DNA from: Magallana gigas
Taxonomy: Eukaryota
Length of the DNA stretch: 64,000 nucleotides
Assembly (NCBI RefSeq): GCF_963853765.1
Contig: NC_088855.1
Coordinates: forward strand, 50,096,001 to 50,160,000
Reading direction: 5' to 3'
Both the position numbers and the translations under genes were made by a program. The notes beneath the pieces were generated by a model, which worked only from the letters and a program-made list of their open reading frames with translations, was not told the origin of the DNA and made no database searches. Position 1 is the first letter of the stretch, and every line of letters begins with the position of its first letter. Positions 24,910 through 38,957 of this stretch are shown here, piece after piece.

Positions 24910-27900
24910 ATGGGGAAGAAATCAAAGACAGGAAAGTCCCGGAAGGATAAGTTCTATCACCTAGCTAAAGAGACAGGTATTTTCTTTTAATATAATCATG
25001 TCAATTTAGCCTAGTTTACCAAAATCAAGTGATTTAAAACATGAGAGCAGTACAGTCTATGTTGGTTGATATTTTTTCTCTCTTCAGGTTATAGGGCAAG
25101 ATCTGCATTCAAGTTGATTCAGCTGAATAGAAAGTTTGAGTTTCTTCAAAAAGCAAGAGTTGTAATCGATCTGTGTGCTGCACCAGGAGGATGGTTGCAG
25201 GTGGTGGCAGAGAACACACCCGTGTCCAGTGTTATACTTGGTACGTTCATAGGTTTGAGGGGGGAGTGATTGTACATGTTCATTGACTTTGATGGTTGAT
25301 AACCCCCTTTGATGTATCCTGTATTGTTTTAAAATATTGTATTTTATGAAAGGTAGATATGAAATTTTTTTCATTAGATTTATATAATTTATATTTTTTA
25401 TGATAGTGGATGATATTAAAGGAAAGTTTTTTTTTTTTAAATGAGGTGTGGTATGAGAATGTTTTTTAAATGAAAAGAATATAAGAGTGATTTTAACTGA
25501 ACTCCTTGTCATTTGTCACTAGGTGTTGATCTGGTTCCAATTCGCCCTATTGGAAATGTCAAGACATTGGTGGACGACATTACCACAGATAAATGTAGAC
25601 AGGTATGCTGAAATGATTGTTTTATTTCTCATTCATTTATTAAAATTTAAAAAAACCCTGGTTTTTTAGTTTAATTTATCTTACTTGCTTCAAGGACTTG
25701 AAAAAAGAGCTCCACACTTGGAAAGCTGATGTAGTTCTCAATGATGGTGCACCTAATGTGGGGAAAAATTGGTTGCATGATGCTTTCCAGCAAGGTAATG
25801 TCAAGTTAATTTCCTGCTTAATGTGAATTATACATATATGTGTTCATTTAGATTATATAATTCAGTATAACTGACATAATTACCTGTCTGTTAAGTGTTT
25901 GCATCATATTACAGCCCAGTTGGCACTACAGGCATTAAAGCTGGCCACAGAATTTCTGAAGAAAGGGGGATGGTTTGTCACAAAAGTGTTCCGCTCTAAA
26001 GACTACAACTCGTTAATGTGGGTTTTCCAACAGTTGTTTAAACATGTCCATGCTACAAAACCACAGGCTTCCCGTAATGAGTCAGCTGAGATCTTTGTTG
26101 TTTGTGAGAAATTCTTGGCACCTGATAAAATTGATCCAAAATTTTTGGATCCAAAGTATGTTTTCAAGGATGTAGAAGAGGAACCAAAAACAGGCATTAA
26201 TCTCATTCATCCTGAGAAAAGGACAAGGTATTTCATGACAAAAATATATGAAATATTCATTCTTTTAATCAGTGTTTGTTAACTGGGTTTTCCAACGGAA
26301 AAATCCGGTTATTAAAATGGTGAAAATGGCGGGCGGGCGGCTGCCAAAAAGGTACCCTCATTGTACGGATAACTCCTCCTACAGTTTTCAAGATAGGAAG
26401 TTGTTCTTTTGCAGATCAATTGTACATATATCAGAGTTGTGCATATTGCTAGGATTTTGATTTCCAATAATTTATCGAAAAAATACCAGCTTTTGAACTT
26501 AGTCATTTTTTGGCAAAATATTGCATATAGGGTACCCTCATTGTACGGATAACTCCTCCTACAGTTCTCAAGATAGGAAGTTGTTCTTTTGCAGATCAAT
26601 TGTACATATATCACAGGTGTGCATTTTGCTAGGATTTCGATTTCTGATAATTTATCGAAAATATACCAGCTTTTGAACTTAGTCATTTTTTTGCAAAATA
26701 TTGCATATAGGATACCCTCATTGTACGGATAACTCCTCCTACAGTTCTCAAGATATGAAGTTGTTCTTTTGCATATTAATTGTACATATATCACAGGTGT
26801 GCATATTGCTAGGATTTTGATTTCTGATAATTTATCGAAAAAATACCAGCTTTTGAACTTAGTCATTTTTTGGCAAAATATTGCATATAGGGTACCCTCA
26901 TTGTACGGATAACTCCTCCTACAGTTCTCAAAATAGGAAGTTGTTCTTTTGCAGATCAATTGTACATATATCAGAGGTGTGCATATTGCTAGGATTTTGA
27001 TTTCCGATAATTTATGAAAAAAAATACCAGCTTTTGAACTTTGTCATTTTTTGGCAAAATGTTGCATATACATGTACATGTAGGGTACTCCATTTCACTG
27101 GATAAGGGTTGACATGGATTATGGATACAGTTTACATAAAAGAAAACCCGGTTTGCTGTCACATTGACAGCTTTTCACTTGTTTTGTTTTGACACCAATA
27201 TGACTTTCAGTGTGGGTAAAGATTTAAATGGTTAAATAAACATGAGGAAGCTTTTTTTTTTCAAATGGTATTATGAATTTTTTCATTGTTTAAAAATATT
27301 TTTCATTAATTACAGGCAAAGAGAGGGATACCCAGAGGGAGACTATACCCTGTTTCACAGCTTGAAGGCATCAGAATTCATCAACAGCGACAACTACCTT
27401 AATTTACTGGCTCAAAGAAATGAGGTAAGATGTTTTTAGTCTTTAGAACTTTTTGCATTTTGTTTGGTGTATGAAAAACTCTATGGAGATTTAATATCAT
27501 TGATCAGACCACCCTTTGATCAACATTTTGGTTAGAAAAGAAGATTGTTTTATTCATAACAGTGTTTAAGTTGATATGAATGGTGTGATGTACCTGTATG
27601 TTGTCTACTGCAGTCGGACACATGATGTAAATTAACTGTTTAAATATACAAAAAATAGTACATGTCAGTTATTCTTTTATTGTTGTAATTGTAGGTAATT
27701 CTTGATCTGCCAGAAATAGCTAACCACAAAGAAACCACAACAGAACTGAAAGAATGTCTAAAGGATATCAAGGTTCTGGGCAAGAGGGAGATCAGGTATA
27801 ATTATATGTGTTATCCTTAATTTGTTGAAACTACCGGTATTTAAAATTAAGGTGTGTGGGTGTATCATATTCCTTCCGCTCAGGACCCCAGCACTGTATA

Positions 27901-30900
27901 GTGCCCCCCTTAAGTTCACTAACGCCTCTATACCTACCTCATATTTTATTGCATGTGATCAAAAGGACAATTATGATACAACATGGATTTTTCAGAGATG
28001 CAAATGTATCCTAAAAATGATAATGTATTGGTATCTTCCATAAAATCATTAAAGCTCGAGGATCTTCTAAAATAGTGTAAAGTTTTAACTTTTCATTAGT
28101 GTACGATTCAGGACAGTGTGTTTCACATCAAATGAAACCTTAATTAAAAAAATGAATTTATGCGATGCATTTAAAAAGTTTGAAACATGGTACATTTCAG
28201 TGGACTGTGGATAAATCAAAACTCCTTTTTTGTAGAAATGTGATAAGTTGGAGGAAGAAGTTGAAGGCAGACCTTGCCACTGCAAAAGCTCCACCAGAAT
28301 CAGCAAAACAGTAAGACATTCATCATTTAATGAACTTTTTAACATGAATTAGTATGTAGCTTCAATATGTTAAAAATAATGAAGCATCGACAAACGATTT
28401 TCATTTCTTTTTTTCATTGTTTGGACTAATTTGTAATCATGTTTAAAAAATGAAAATGACTAATTGATGACAGGGAGGTGGAAGAAGACAGTGAAGATGA
28501 AGAGGCTCAGCTTGATGAAAAGTTAGCTGAGCTGAAGGAAGAAGAACAGAAGGCCCTCAAAAGGTAAGACGAAGCAGTGTGCCAGGGATGGGGTCGATTA
28601 CTTTCAAAAGTAATCGATTAAATTACAATTACTTTGGTTTTTAAAAGTAATCGATTACAGGCTAATTACATCCATTTTAAAAAGTAATTGATTACATTAG
28701 ATTACTTTTCCTGATTGTAATCGCGATTACTTGTGATTACTTTAGATTACATTATTTTTTTTTTATTTTTTCATAATTTAAATTTTTCATTTTAAAAAAA
28801 ACAGTGCATTTTTTACAGGACTCTTTATTCTGGTATCATTGTAATTTGTTGCATTATTTACTATTTGAAGTAGTTTTTGCATTCCCCGATATGTATGCAG
28901 AACAGTATCTACATTTTGGCTTTTACCCGATGATGGTTGATCATCAGAAAACTCAAAATGTTGTACAGCAGACATCTTTCTCTAAACAAAGTCCAACTAA
29001 AAGTGACCCTTTAAATAATTTTCCCAATTAAATAATGTGAACTGTTTTCTAATGCGCCTAATAGCAAGGACTGTTGAATAGCAAACTCATTGTATTGTGA
29101 CTTGACATGAATTTAAACATGCCCAAGGGCAATAAAGGAATACTGGCCAACTTTAAGACTGAACCTTATTCACTAAATATAAGATCCAATGAATAATGAT
29201 TTAATTTCAACCTATTGAATTTTGTCATCAGGGATGGGGTCGATTACTTTCAAAAGTAATCGATTAAATTACAATTACTTTGGGTTTTAAAAGTAATCGT
29301 TTACAGGCTAATTACATCCATTTTTTAAAGTAATCGATTACATTAGATTACTTTTCATCATTGTAATCATGATTACTTGTGATTACTTTAGATTACATTA
29401 TTTGTTTTTCAGTTTTTTCATAGTTTAAATGTTTCATTTAAAAAAACAGTGCATTTTATTACAGGACTCTTTATTCTGGTATCAGTGTAATTTGTTGCAT
29501 TATTTACAAGCCTTTTCATTGCATTTTATCATCATTAACATTTGAAATGTAGAGTCATTTAGCATGCATCTATCTGGTCTGAAGATCAGAAATAAAATAA
29601 GCACAGTATGTGAACTGTTTTCTAATGCGCTTAAAAGCAAGGACTGTTGAAAAGCTAACTCATTGTATCGTGACTGGACATGAATTTAAACATGCCCAAG
29701 GGCAATAAAGGAATACTGGCCAACTTTAAGACTGAACCTTATTCACAAAATATAAGATCCAATGAATAATGATTTCAACCTATTGAATTTTGCCATTGTA
29801 ATCATAAAAGTTATCACAAATTAATCATGATTACAGGACTTTTTCACAGAGTAATCATTTAAATTACGATAACTTGTAATCAGAAAAATGGATGATTACT
29901 GATTACTCATGATTACTCAGCAACCTGTAATCGATTACAGCTGATTATGGTTTCTTATTATGATTACCCCATCCCTGTTTGCCATTGTAATCATAAAAGT
30001 AATAAAAAATTAATCATGATTACATGACTTTCACAGAGTAATCGATTAAATTACGATGACTTGTAATCAGAAAAATGGATGATTACTGATTACTCATGAT
30101 TACTCAGCAACCTGTAATCGATTACAGCTGATTACAATTACTGATTATGATTACCCCATCCCTGCAGTGTGCATGGATCTCCACACAACATGTCATTTAT
30201 GTCTAAATGAATCATAAGCTGTGGTGCTTCATCTTGAAATTGATACCAAACCTGTAAGTTTTCTGTATATGTTTAAAGGAAACTGAAGAAAGTGAGAAGA
30301 GAGAAGGTCAAGTTAAGGCATAAAATGGATCTTAAGATGGTCATTCCAGGGGACATACAGGACTTCTCAGATGATGTCGGTCTCTTCAATCTGAACAAGA
30401 TCAAAAACAAATCAGTAAGTTCCTTTACAGTCTTTGTTATAATCATATCAGCTGAGGGCAAAAGAGTCATGATTGGATGTTTGTAACACATGATGATGTT
30501 AATTAATAGCAACTGGACAGTGTGGAAAAAGGGGACTCCCAGGAGGCGGATGAACTGGCAATGGAAGAAGAGGAAGAAGTGGATAGAGTTATCATGAAGA
30601 TGAAGTCATATGACAGGAACAGCAAAGATCATTTGGATGACCTTGACCCATATTCTGATGAGGAGGGTGAGGAGGAACCAGAGTTTATGTATGATTCAGC
30701 TGAGGACGACATGTAAGTCAGACTTGTAAATGGAATGAAAACTTGGCAAAAAATTGCATTTTTAACGGTTTTACGTATATAATAGAATGTAAAGGGAGAT
30801 TTTCAATAACGGGGTGATGAATGATGTCACAAAGGATAACTGGAAGTTAACTTTGTTACTGTAACCTCTTTTCAGATTAAAAAGCATTTTAAAGAAATTA

Positions 30901-33900
30901 GATCCAAGACATTTTTATATGCATGATTGCAATTAAAATGTTACAAAGAATGCATTCTATATCTAGTAAATGTAATAAAAGTTTGATCATGTATATTCGA
31001 AATGATGTCTATTACTTATCTGTTTCTGCAAATTTCTGCTAAAAAGAATTTTTAAAAATGTTTTTTTGCCAACAATCAAGTATGATTATTAGATCTTGAC
31101 CACTGCTGGGTAATGGATGGCCATTGAACATTTTATGTGTTTTGTTGCAGAGAATTTGAAGATGAGGAGGAGGAGGGGAATCCCCTAGTGGTCAGTCTAC
31201 AGGACAAAGATAGCATGGTCAAAAACCGATCCAAGGCCTGGTTTAGTAAGGTAAAGCACTGTACATGTACTGTACGTGTCTAGTAAGCTATTACAAGCAG
31301 GGTGAATTTTATTATTTAGAGTGTTAGGTTATACACATGTATTTGCTTTTGGTATGTGAATGTAAGTTTTATCAAACCCATCACAAATCTAGTAAAAATC
31401 AACAATTTTAAATATGAGTATGCTTTTATATCCTTCCCATAACCCCTCACTCTTTTTGTAAAAAAATGTTTAATGTTTTAGAGAACTTTGCTGTTGATAC
31501 ACTGGTTATCTTAAAAAGTAGTTGACCGATTGATTTTTAGGACAAGGGTCAATGTACTCTAGATACAATATGACAATAATTAATACTGTAAGAAATAATG
31601 AACTAGCTAGTCTATCAGTTTTAAGACTTGATGGATTGCCCATGACTTTGATGGTCATCTAATTCCTTGGCCAATTTGTTTACTCATAAACATTGATGTC
31701 ATATCTTGTCATCTAAAATAAACATGACTGCATACCAGATCTTTTTACATTATGAGAATGTATATTCACTTTGGGACACCATTGAATACATGTATTTACT
31801 TCTAACTGTAGGCGTCATTTGCTGGGATTGAAGATGATGAAGATGAAGACATGGAAATTCAAACTATGGCAGCTAATTATAAGAAAAAAGGAGGGAAAAT
31901 TGCTGGTCAGTTTTGGATTATTTATTCACAAAACTATAAAAACACTGTTGTTTCTTGGGATTTTTAAAACATCATTGATGAGGTTTGTATGAAGCAATAA
32001 TACAAATTCATGCTTGATGACGTCACTCATAGTACAGTACTGTAGATTCCTAATTAAACGCAAGGAATAAATATCCGCGTAAAATCGCGAGAAGCTCATT
32101 CAAGCATCCTTCACAGATTTTAAGATCTCACCATTATTTTCTGAGAGTTTAAAACTATAAGAAATAAGGAGAAAATTTCCAATTCGCGATTTTATATTCT
32201 CGTGATTTGATACAAACCAGCGGGATCGCGGCAGTCTTCACTACAATTTTTTTTCAGCACATGCCCTTTGGGCATGTAGACCCATCATTTAAACCCAGCT
32301 CATTCCAATTTTTACATGCCCAACTCAAAATTCTTATATTTACCGGTACATGTATGGTGCAACCAAAATAAATAAAGGTTTTATATCAATTTTATTGTAT
32401 TAGGGACAATGTTTCAAATTTTTTACACCATGCACAAGACATCAGATTGTTTTCCGAGTCATACACTAGCCATGGCCTGTCTTTCTGCCATTGGTGCTGA
32501 AACTTTCCGACACGTTTTTGTTCATAATTCACTTTAGAGTCACTTGCTGGTCGTTTGACCGGTTTAGCTTATTTCAAAAGTAGTATCATGACAGCCCAAT
32601 CATGACTACACGTGGCGTCGATGTACGTCTCGTAAATTAGCAAACATATATACAATAGGTTTAACTAAACATTTCAATGATTACTATTGATGCTTATTTG
32701 ACAAGTCTTACTGAGAATGTAGACTGCACAAAGCAAGTTACGCAAATAACTTGGGTACGATGAAAGAAATGGCAAGTTACTGTTAACATATTGTACATTA
32801 ACAGAAAATTTAAACATGCCCTCCGGGCATGTAATTTGGCAATTTTTACATGCCCGCCTGAAAATTTATCAGGCCAGGGGTATCGGACTCCCAGGTTATT
32901 TCGAAGACTGTCACGGAAGTAAGTACTCGCGTAATATAAGGAATTTACAGTATTTTGTGTTTTATTTAACTAATTGATCACTATTTTTTTCCAGATGATG
33001 ATGACAGTGGGGTTTCAGATGACAACTTTGAATCTGATGATGATATGGATGATAAAATGGGTTCTGATGGTTCCAGTGATGCTGAAAGTGAAGATGGAGA
33101 AGATGATAATGACGATGATGATTCTTCATCAGATAGTGATTATGACATTAATGAAATCAAACAAAACAGTCAAAAAGACAAGACTTCAACAAAGGCAGGA
33201 TTTGAAGTTGTGCCTAAAGGTAATATTTAAATTCTACACTTAATTGTTTGGTTGAATTTCTATAGTCCAAGAATGTATGACAATATTATTTAACATTAAC
33301 TAGACTTTGACCCATGCGTGCATTCGAAACTCTAGGGATTTTTTTATTAAATGCACCAAGTTAGAGTTATCTCCCTTATTTTCTTTGACGAACAGAATAT
33401 ATAGAAAATTTTCAATAAAAGTTTACACGTATTTGTATTATTGTTTCTGAGTTTATCCATGCAAATATGATATTGTGGAAACATGGACTAAAGAGACTCC
33501 CATGATTTAGCGTGAATGTAATGCGCATGCGCAAGATTGTAAAATCCAGATGATTTCCAGTTTTTTTAAAGGAATTTTCGTTGATTATTAATTAGCGAAG
33601 CTTGATTGAGAAAAAATAAAAACAAATTGGTAATCTTCAAATACCAATGATGTTTAAAATATAGAAAACAAAAGACAGTACTCATGCGATTTCTCGGTAT
33701 TAAAGCCCAAAAATTTGAGTCTATTATTTTAATATAGTAGTATAGATATAAAGTAAAGTTGTGCAAAATGTTCACTGAGGCACAGATCTTTATTTTCCTG
33801 TAAGCTCTGAGGAAAAATGTTAGTGTAAGAAGTTTTAAGTTTTAACCCATTCATGATTTACCAATGAAGGGGGTGGTGAAAATTTATGACTTTTGTGGGC

Positions 33901-35883
33901 ACCCTTTATTTGCATAATGTCTTCTTGAATATTGAAATGTTTCTATGTGTACATTTTGTATACACATGTATACATAACATCATGGTCTGAAAGGTTTAGA
34001 TAATGATCAAAATCCAGTCTATAAGTACAAACTGTGAATAACCTGTGTGAACCAGCACATACTGATGGAATTTAATTATTTTTCTTTGGATTTGATATGG
34101 CACAATTATAAATTTATATTTTAGTTTTTATGAAAATCTTCAAATTAAATTGATGAATTGTCTTTGGTTACAGAATAGAATACAAAGTATGCTAAACAAA
34201 AACTACTAATTAATCGGTTTGCTTGTATTTGATATATTGAATTGAAAACGTTAAATTTACATGGCTCCAGATGAAAACCTCCCCAGACTTGATGCTGCCG
34301 GCATGGCTATTGGTTCCCAGATGGTTCAGTCCAGGAAAAGGAAAAGGGAGATAATGGAGGGAGGATACCACAGGTAATGCACTAATAAACACCTGAATGG
34401 ACTAGATAAACTCTGCAATTTGCAGGAAAGTTGTATGTTTTCATGTATAGTTTAATAAAGTAAAGTATTTTCAAAATTTTTAGCATTAAAGAGTCATATT
34501 TACCTTTAGGAGACAAAAAGCAGTCTTGAAAAAAAAGTTAATGGGAGTGTGAACTTAAATTATCACATTTTTAATACATGCAAGAGTTCTTTAAAGATTT
34601 GATCACAATGATGCTAACCAAGTTCATGTGATTATATGCTTGACATTAAAAGGGAAGAGAGAATACTGTATGTACTTATATCAACATTCTATGTACTCGT
34701 ATTAATGTTGTTGCCTTTTTAAAGGTTTATGTTTAATGATGATAACCTTCCTGATTGGTTTCGTCAAGATGAATCCAAGCACTGCAGAGTGACGCTTCCA
34801 GTGACAAAGGTACTTGGATGTTAGCATGCTTTGATATTTAACACACTGTATATTAGAAAGTTTCGCTTTGTGAGATTTTGTAAAGATAGGTAAAAGATAA
34901 ACATTGTACCAATTTTTGAATTTTGCTCTTTTTGAAAATCAAAATCAATAACAAAATATCCATAACCTTCTTCTCTATCCGGAGATGATTATGACAAAGT
35001 AAAAATTGATGCAAGTTTTCCCTCTTTAAAATAGTACATCATCATCAAAATCATTTCAATTCCAAATTATGCAATATGAGTTTAAAACACACATCATTTA
35101 TCATTCTTTCTATAAATTGAGTTATTTCATTATGCAGGGAGAAATAGAAGAATATAAAATGAAAATGAAAGCACTAAATGCACGACCAATTAAAAAGATA
35201 GCTGAAGCTAAAGCCCGCAAGAAGCGAAAGGTTGGTTGGTTTTCTGAAATTTGATACATATTTCAGCATTTTAATTATCATATTCAATAACAGAAATATT
35301 TTGTGAACTAAATCATGCATGTACCTATGGTTTGTTTTAACATTTTAGGAGGTGAAAAAACTGGAACGAGTTAGAAAAAAGGCGGAGGCTATTTCTGATA
35401 CAGCTGATGTAGCAGATCGTGATAAATGGATGCAAATTAAACAGTAGGTTTTAGAAAAGGCTGATTTTTAAATTGTATGGCCAAATAGACTCTGATGTTT
35501 TTAATATTATTGACAGTTGAGCTACTTCTAATATTTTTGTATTTTCAAACGAGTTATAAGTCTTTGCTGAAATGAAAAGAGTTTTATTTTCTATGTAGTG
35601 TACTTATTTTTTTTTTTGCAAAGCACAATAAACATGTTGAATATCTTTCAGAATTTACAAAAAGGCAGGCTTACTGTCCAAGAAGAAGAAGGAAATAACT
35701 TATGTAGTGGCCAAGAAAGGGACAGGGAAAAGAGTGAGGCGCCCCCAAGGGGTACAGGGGCCCTTTAAGGTGGTAGACCCCCGGATGAAGAAAGACAACT
35801 TCAAAGACAAGAAGTCTGCTAAAAACAGGGGAAAGAAAGGGAAAGCTAAAGGGGGCAAGAGAATGGGCAAAAATAAAAGATAG
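24910..35883 (+). CDS. FTSJ3: pre-rRNA 2'-O-ribose methyltransferase FTSJ3/Spb1, 817 aa, 19 coding exons
   Basis: Exons 24910-24976, 25088-25240, 25523-25602, 25695-25794, 25915-26227, 27316-27424, 27695-27795, 28236-28310, 28474-28563, 30279-30414, 30510-30712, 31151-31250, 31812-31905, 32995-33219, 34271-34373, 34725-34809, 35138-35230, 35349-35443, 35652-35883, all phase-consistent. Motifs [97 protein letters not shown]. Confidence 0.97.
26277..27186 (+). mobile_element. Helentron-type (HINE) element carrying a central satellite array, in FTSJ3 intron 5
   Basis: 5' subTIR AACTGGGTTTTC (26281-26292), GGCG microsatellite, tandem array, 3' subTIR GAAAACCCGGTT (27142-27153), hairpin GCTGTCACATTGACAGC (27155-27171), T-rich end. 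Confidence 0.8.
26351..27090. repeat. 180-bp tandem repeat, 4 near-identical monomers plus a partial
   Basis: taccctcattgtacggataactcc recurs at 26353, 26533, 26713 and 26893 (exact 180-bp period). Confidence 0.92.
28583..30164. mobile_element. hAT-type non-autonomous element (outer copy)
   Basis: Termini CAGGGATGGGGT...ACCCCATCCCTG. Perfect 8-bp TSD CAGTGTGC at 28575-28582 and 30165-30172. GTAATCGATTAC subterminal motifs. Confidence 0.88.
29229..29977. mobile_element. Second copy of the same hAT family nested inside the first
   Basis: Same termini. Flanking 8-mers TTTGTCAT (29221-29228) and TTTGCCAT (29978-29985). Confidence 0.85.
32038..32952. mobile_element. Tc1/mariner-like MITE interrupted by a second TIR element (32232-32910)
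   Basis: Outer TACTGTAGATTCC...GGAATTTACAGTA. Inner CAGTCTTC...GAAGACTG flanked by tcgcgg/tcacgg. Confidence 0.55.
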
Positions 35884-36635
35884 TTGTAATATACTTGAAG
35901 TTTTTGTTGTTGGTTGAACTAAGCTACATGTAAGATTACACAAAGGTATATACACAATAGTTATTGTAAAACCTCTAGGGAGAGGGTAAAAAAGTTAGTC
36001 GTGTTGTCATGCAAAGTGTTGGAAGATTTTGTGTGTGGTGTAGGGGTGATTTTTTTGGTGAGGCCATCAGTTAATTGATTTTTCACATTTGTGAAATAAC
36101 AAAAAAACTTATACATGTACAAGAATTCGGTATTGGGGTGAAGATCTACTAATGAAAGATGCCTACAGGTTTATGAAATCAAGGATATAAATTCTTTTAA
36201 TAATGCTCTATAACAAGAGCTTTCTTTGGGTTTTTTTTTTAAATCGAACTTTATTTATTTTACAACGATTGATAAGCAAGTTCTACAACTTATATTAATA
36301 TCTGTCGTTGGCACGGATGTTAGCGCGAGGGGGTCATTGGTGTGGGAAGAACCCACTTTCTTCCTTGTTAGGGTGTACAAGGGCTTAAAATTTAAGTAAA
36401 CACAAAGCAAAATCTTGTTTTTAACTGTCAGTTTCATATAACTTAAAGGAAATAAGTAACAAATCTTGAGTTTTGTCCTTTTTTTACTAATAAAACATAT
36501 TTATTGGGTACAGTCTCGTTTTCTACATAATTCCTTTAAAGCTGTATAGAACAGGAAAAAGAAATCAATTACATGTATCGTAATGGTTCTAGCACCAAGG
36601 AGACACTAGAATCATTTACCAGATCTTGACTTTAA

Positions 36636-36825
36636 GGTGGTATGGGACACTATAAGTCATGAGTTCGAATCCCGGTAGGACTTTTATAATTATTACCTTT
36701 CCAAAAAAAATGTTAAAACACATCTTTTGGTCAAATATTGTAAGATTTGAAAATTCTAAATTCTACTTTGATTATAATGTACTTTTATCCACATTGATAT
36801 CGACAGGTGCCACATGCATACCACC
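36636..36825 (+). mobile_element. Internally deleted Kolobok-like MITE, same family as 7946-8255
   Basis: ttaa|GGTGGTATG...CATACCACC|ttag. Shared internal sequence (tacctttccaaaa, aaatattgtaa.atttgaaaatt) and B box gagttcgaatccc. Confidence 0.65.
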
Positions 36826-37459
36826 TTAGAAGATTTTGAACGTCAATGTTTTTTCAGACGATCGAGCTAACATTTTGTCTATATTGATATAACTTGAAAA
36901 TGTACAGTATTTTCCGACTTTATTTGCAGTTACAAACAGACTTGCTAAAATGACGCATTTATTACGCTGTACTTCAGAGAAGACAATTATAAGAGTGACC
37001 CTACGATTTAGATATGCCAAAAAATGTTAATTTTATACGGTTTTCCATTTTAAAAAGGTTGCGTTCCCCTGAAATAAATGTTGAAGACTTCTTACATTTT
37101 GACTAAAGACATTACGCCACAATTTGACATTTCCGGGTCGAAACTAATCTTTATTTTTTATTTATTTATAATAAAGACATAGAAATAAATAAAATTGCTC
37201 TGTTCTTCACGGGATATTTCAAATAATCTGAAGAATTATCCCAGTTGGTACCTGCAAATATAGAGAAAACGATTGAGCTTTGTAGATTCATACTTTTTCA
37301 GTACAGCTGAACTACATGTATCAATTACTTATTTTTGGTCTAAAATTAATTTTATTAATCTGTAATTATTTTCACACAAAACATGAAAGAAATCGAGGGT
37401 GGTTGAACACACGCTATATTCTTCGCGCATGTGTAAAATGTACATGATGGAAAAAGAGA

Positions 37460-38001
37460 TTACCGCCATTTCTTGCCGTAAGACCGTGTTCGACAAACCC
37501 CGACTTCTCCCTGGGGGATTTCTCTCAGCCCCGTCCCCACACAGGTAAGTCCAGGAAGGCAGGGGCAGGTGAATCTGTGACCAACGTGGCAGCCTACCAA
37601 TTTTCATAAGAAAATGGTTATTGACCATTACTTTCCAATTTCCCTCCAAATCATTCGATGTGAAGATAATTGACATTATAGACGTACCTTGATTTAGACC
37701 CCCGTAACGCGTGCATCTGCCGCCGGAATTGCCACAACTGGCGAGGGATCGCTTGCCCCTGAGCGGCTTAACACAGCAGTGGAGTTCGGGACAATCGCTG
37801 TCATCATTACAACAGGTGTCCGAACTCTACACGACAGCAGAGATTGAATAATTTTTAAAAAATCTAAATGACAAATTCAGCCTATTTTTTTTTTTTTGGC
37901 TAGAAAATAGCAATGAAGAGTACAAAAGAATTTTTTTTTCTTACCTCCCCAACTTGCAAAATCGCTACGATCAAAACGACCGAACATAACAGGACATTCA
38001 T
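37460..38001 (-). CDS. Secreted cysteine-rich prokineticin/colipase-fold peptide precursor A, 109 aa, 3 exons
   Basis: Exons 38001-37945, 37826-37688, 37593-37460 with canonical GT-AG, phases 0 and 1. Protein: MNVLLCSVVLIVAILQVGESSDTCCNDDSDCPELHCCVKPLRGKRSLASCGNSGGRCTRYGGLNQGCHVGHRFTCPCLPGLTCVGTGLREIPQGEVGVCRTRSYGKKWR. Signal peptide, 12 Cys in the mature part, CPCLPGLTC prokineticin-type motif. Confidence 0.88.
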
Positions 38002-38474
38002 GTTTCTTATCGACTTCTGCTCTAATCAGACTTAACATGTTCTTCGGATTTTATTATTTTGACCTGGGAATTTTGATGCACTGTATAATTAATGTTTTCC
38101 TTGTTCTTGTAAAATGTCTTGCTTGGTAACCCTCATGAATAACCAAAAGTTGGTATAATAAGATTTAGCCAGTTTTAAGCGCGGTTCTATACATTGTATG
38201 CAAATGGTAAGCTTTATACTGGGCCGGGGAACCACCTTGTCTCTACCTTTGCATTCTGTTTTTTCATTGGCAATATAATCAAATATTTACATTTTCAACT
38301 GTCTTTGTCTGTGTTAACATTACGAATCAATTTTGAAGCTAAAAATTTTAATAAAATAATGAGCGACAAAAAATGGGCGTGTCTCATAGCATAACCGACA
38401 AACGGTATTGGCTGCGCCGCGTAGTAATACATAGCATGTTCGCGAAAAAATGGTGGTTTTAAAATGTTGTTTAA

Positions 38475-38804
38475 GGTGGCTCACTACACATTGAAATTTT
38501 TTCTCAAATCAGCAGAAAATTACTTGATTATGATAGATATCATAATGGATAAGAAGTTTTCAAGCCAAGTAGGCAAATTTGGATGAAAAATTACATTTTC
38601 GAAAATTTAATTCAGTAAACATCAGCAAAAGCACTAGGCGGATTCGAACTCTGGTATGCAGTTCAGAAGCCCAATACTTTAACCACTTAGGTACGACGAT
38701 ATACTACCGAATCGAAAGATATGAACAATTTAACAAAGCATTTAAATCGCCATCTTGTGACGTTGTCTTAAAAAGTATAAGTCTGGGTGTAGTGAGAGAG
38801 TACC
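38475..38804. mobile_element. Kolobok-like MITE with internal tRNA-like segment on the minus strand
   Basis: TTAA at 38471-38474 and 38805-38808. TIR GGTGGCTCACTACAC / GTGTAGTGAGAGAGTACC. Reverse-strand A box tacctaagtgg and B box agttcgaatcc at 38631-38694. Confidence 0.65.
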
Positions 38805-38868
38805 TTAAAGTGTACTAATTGGAAATAATATATATATATATAAATAAATCTGGATTTGACCATGCCCC

Positions 38869-38957
38869 CACAGGGGCCAAGCCCGTTTTAACATTAATTT
38901 CAATGTAACCATTATGGTTGCATTGAAATTAATGTTAAAACAGGCTTGGCCCCTGTG
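38869..38957. mobile_element. 89-bp fully palindromic MITE (CA..TG ends, 8-bp TSD; P- or hAT-like)
   Basis: cacaggggccaagcc.gttttaacattaatttcaatg / cattgaaattaatgttaaaac.ggcttggcccctgtg. TSD CATGCCCC at 38861-38868 and 38958-38965. Confidence 0.8.

Noticed and set aside
26312-26959. 215-aa repetitive ORF on the minus strand
   Set aside because: Produced by the 180-bp (60-codon) satellite monomers inside an FTSJ3 intron.
37329-37676. 115-aa ORF from the track
   Set aside because: Wrong-frame reading across exon 3 of peptide gene A; the spliced frame gives the Cys-rich protein supported by its paralog.
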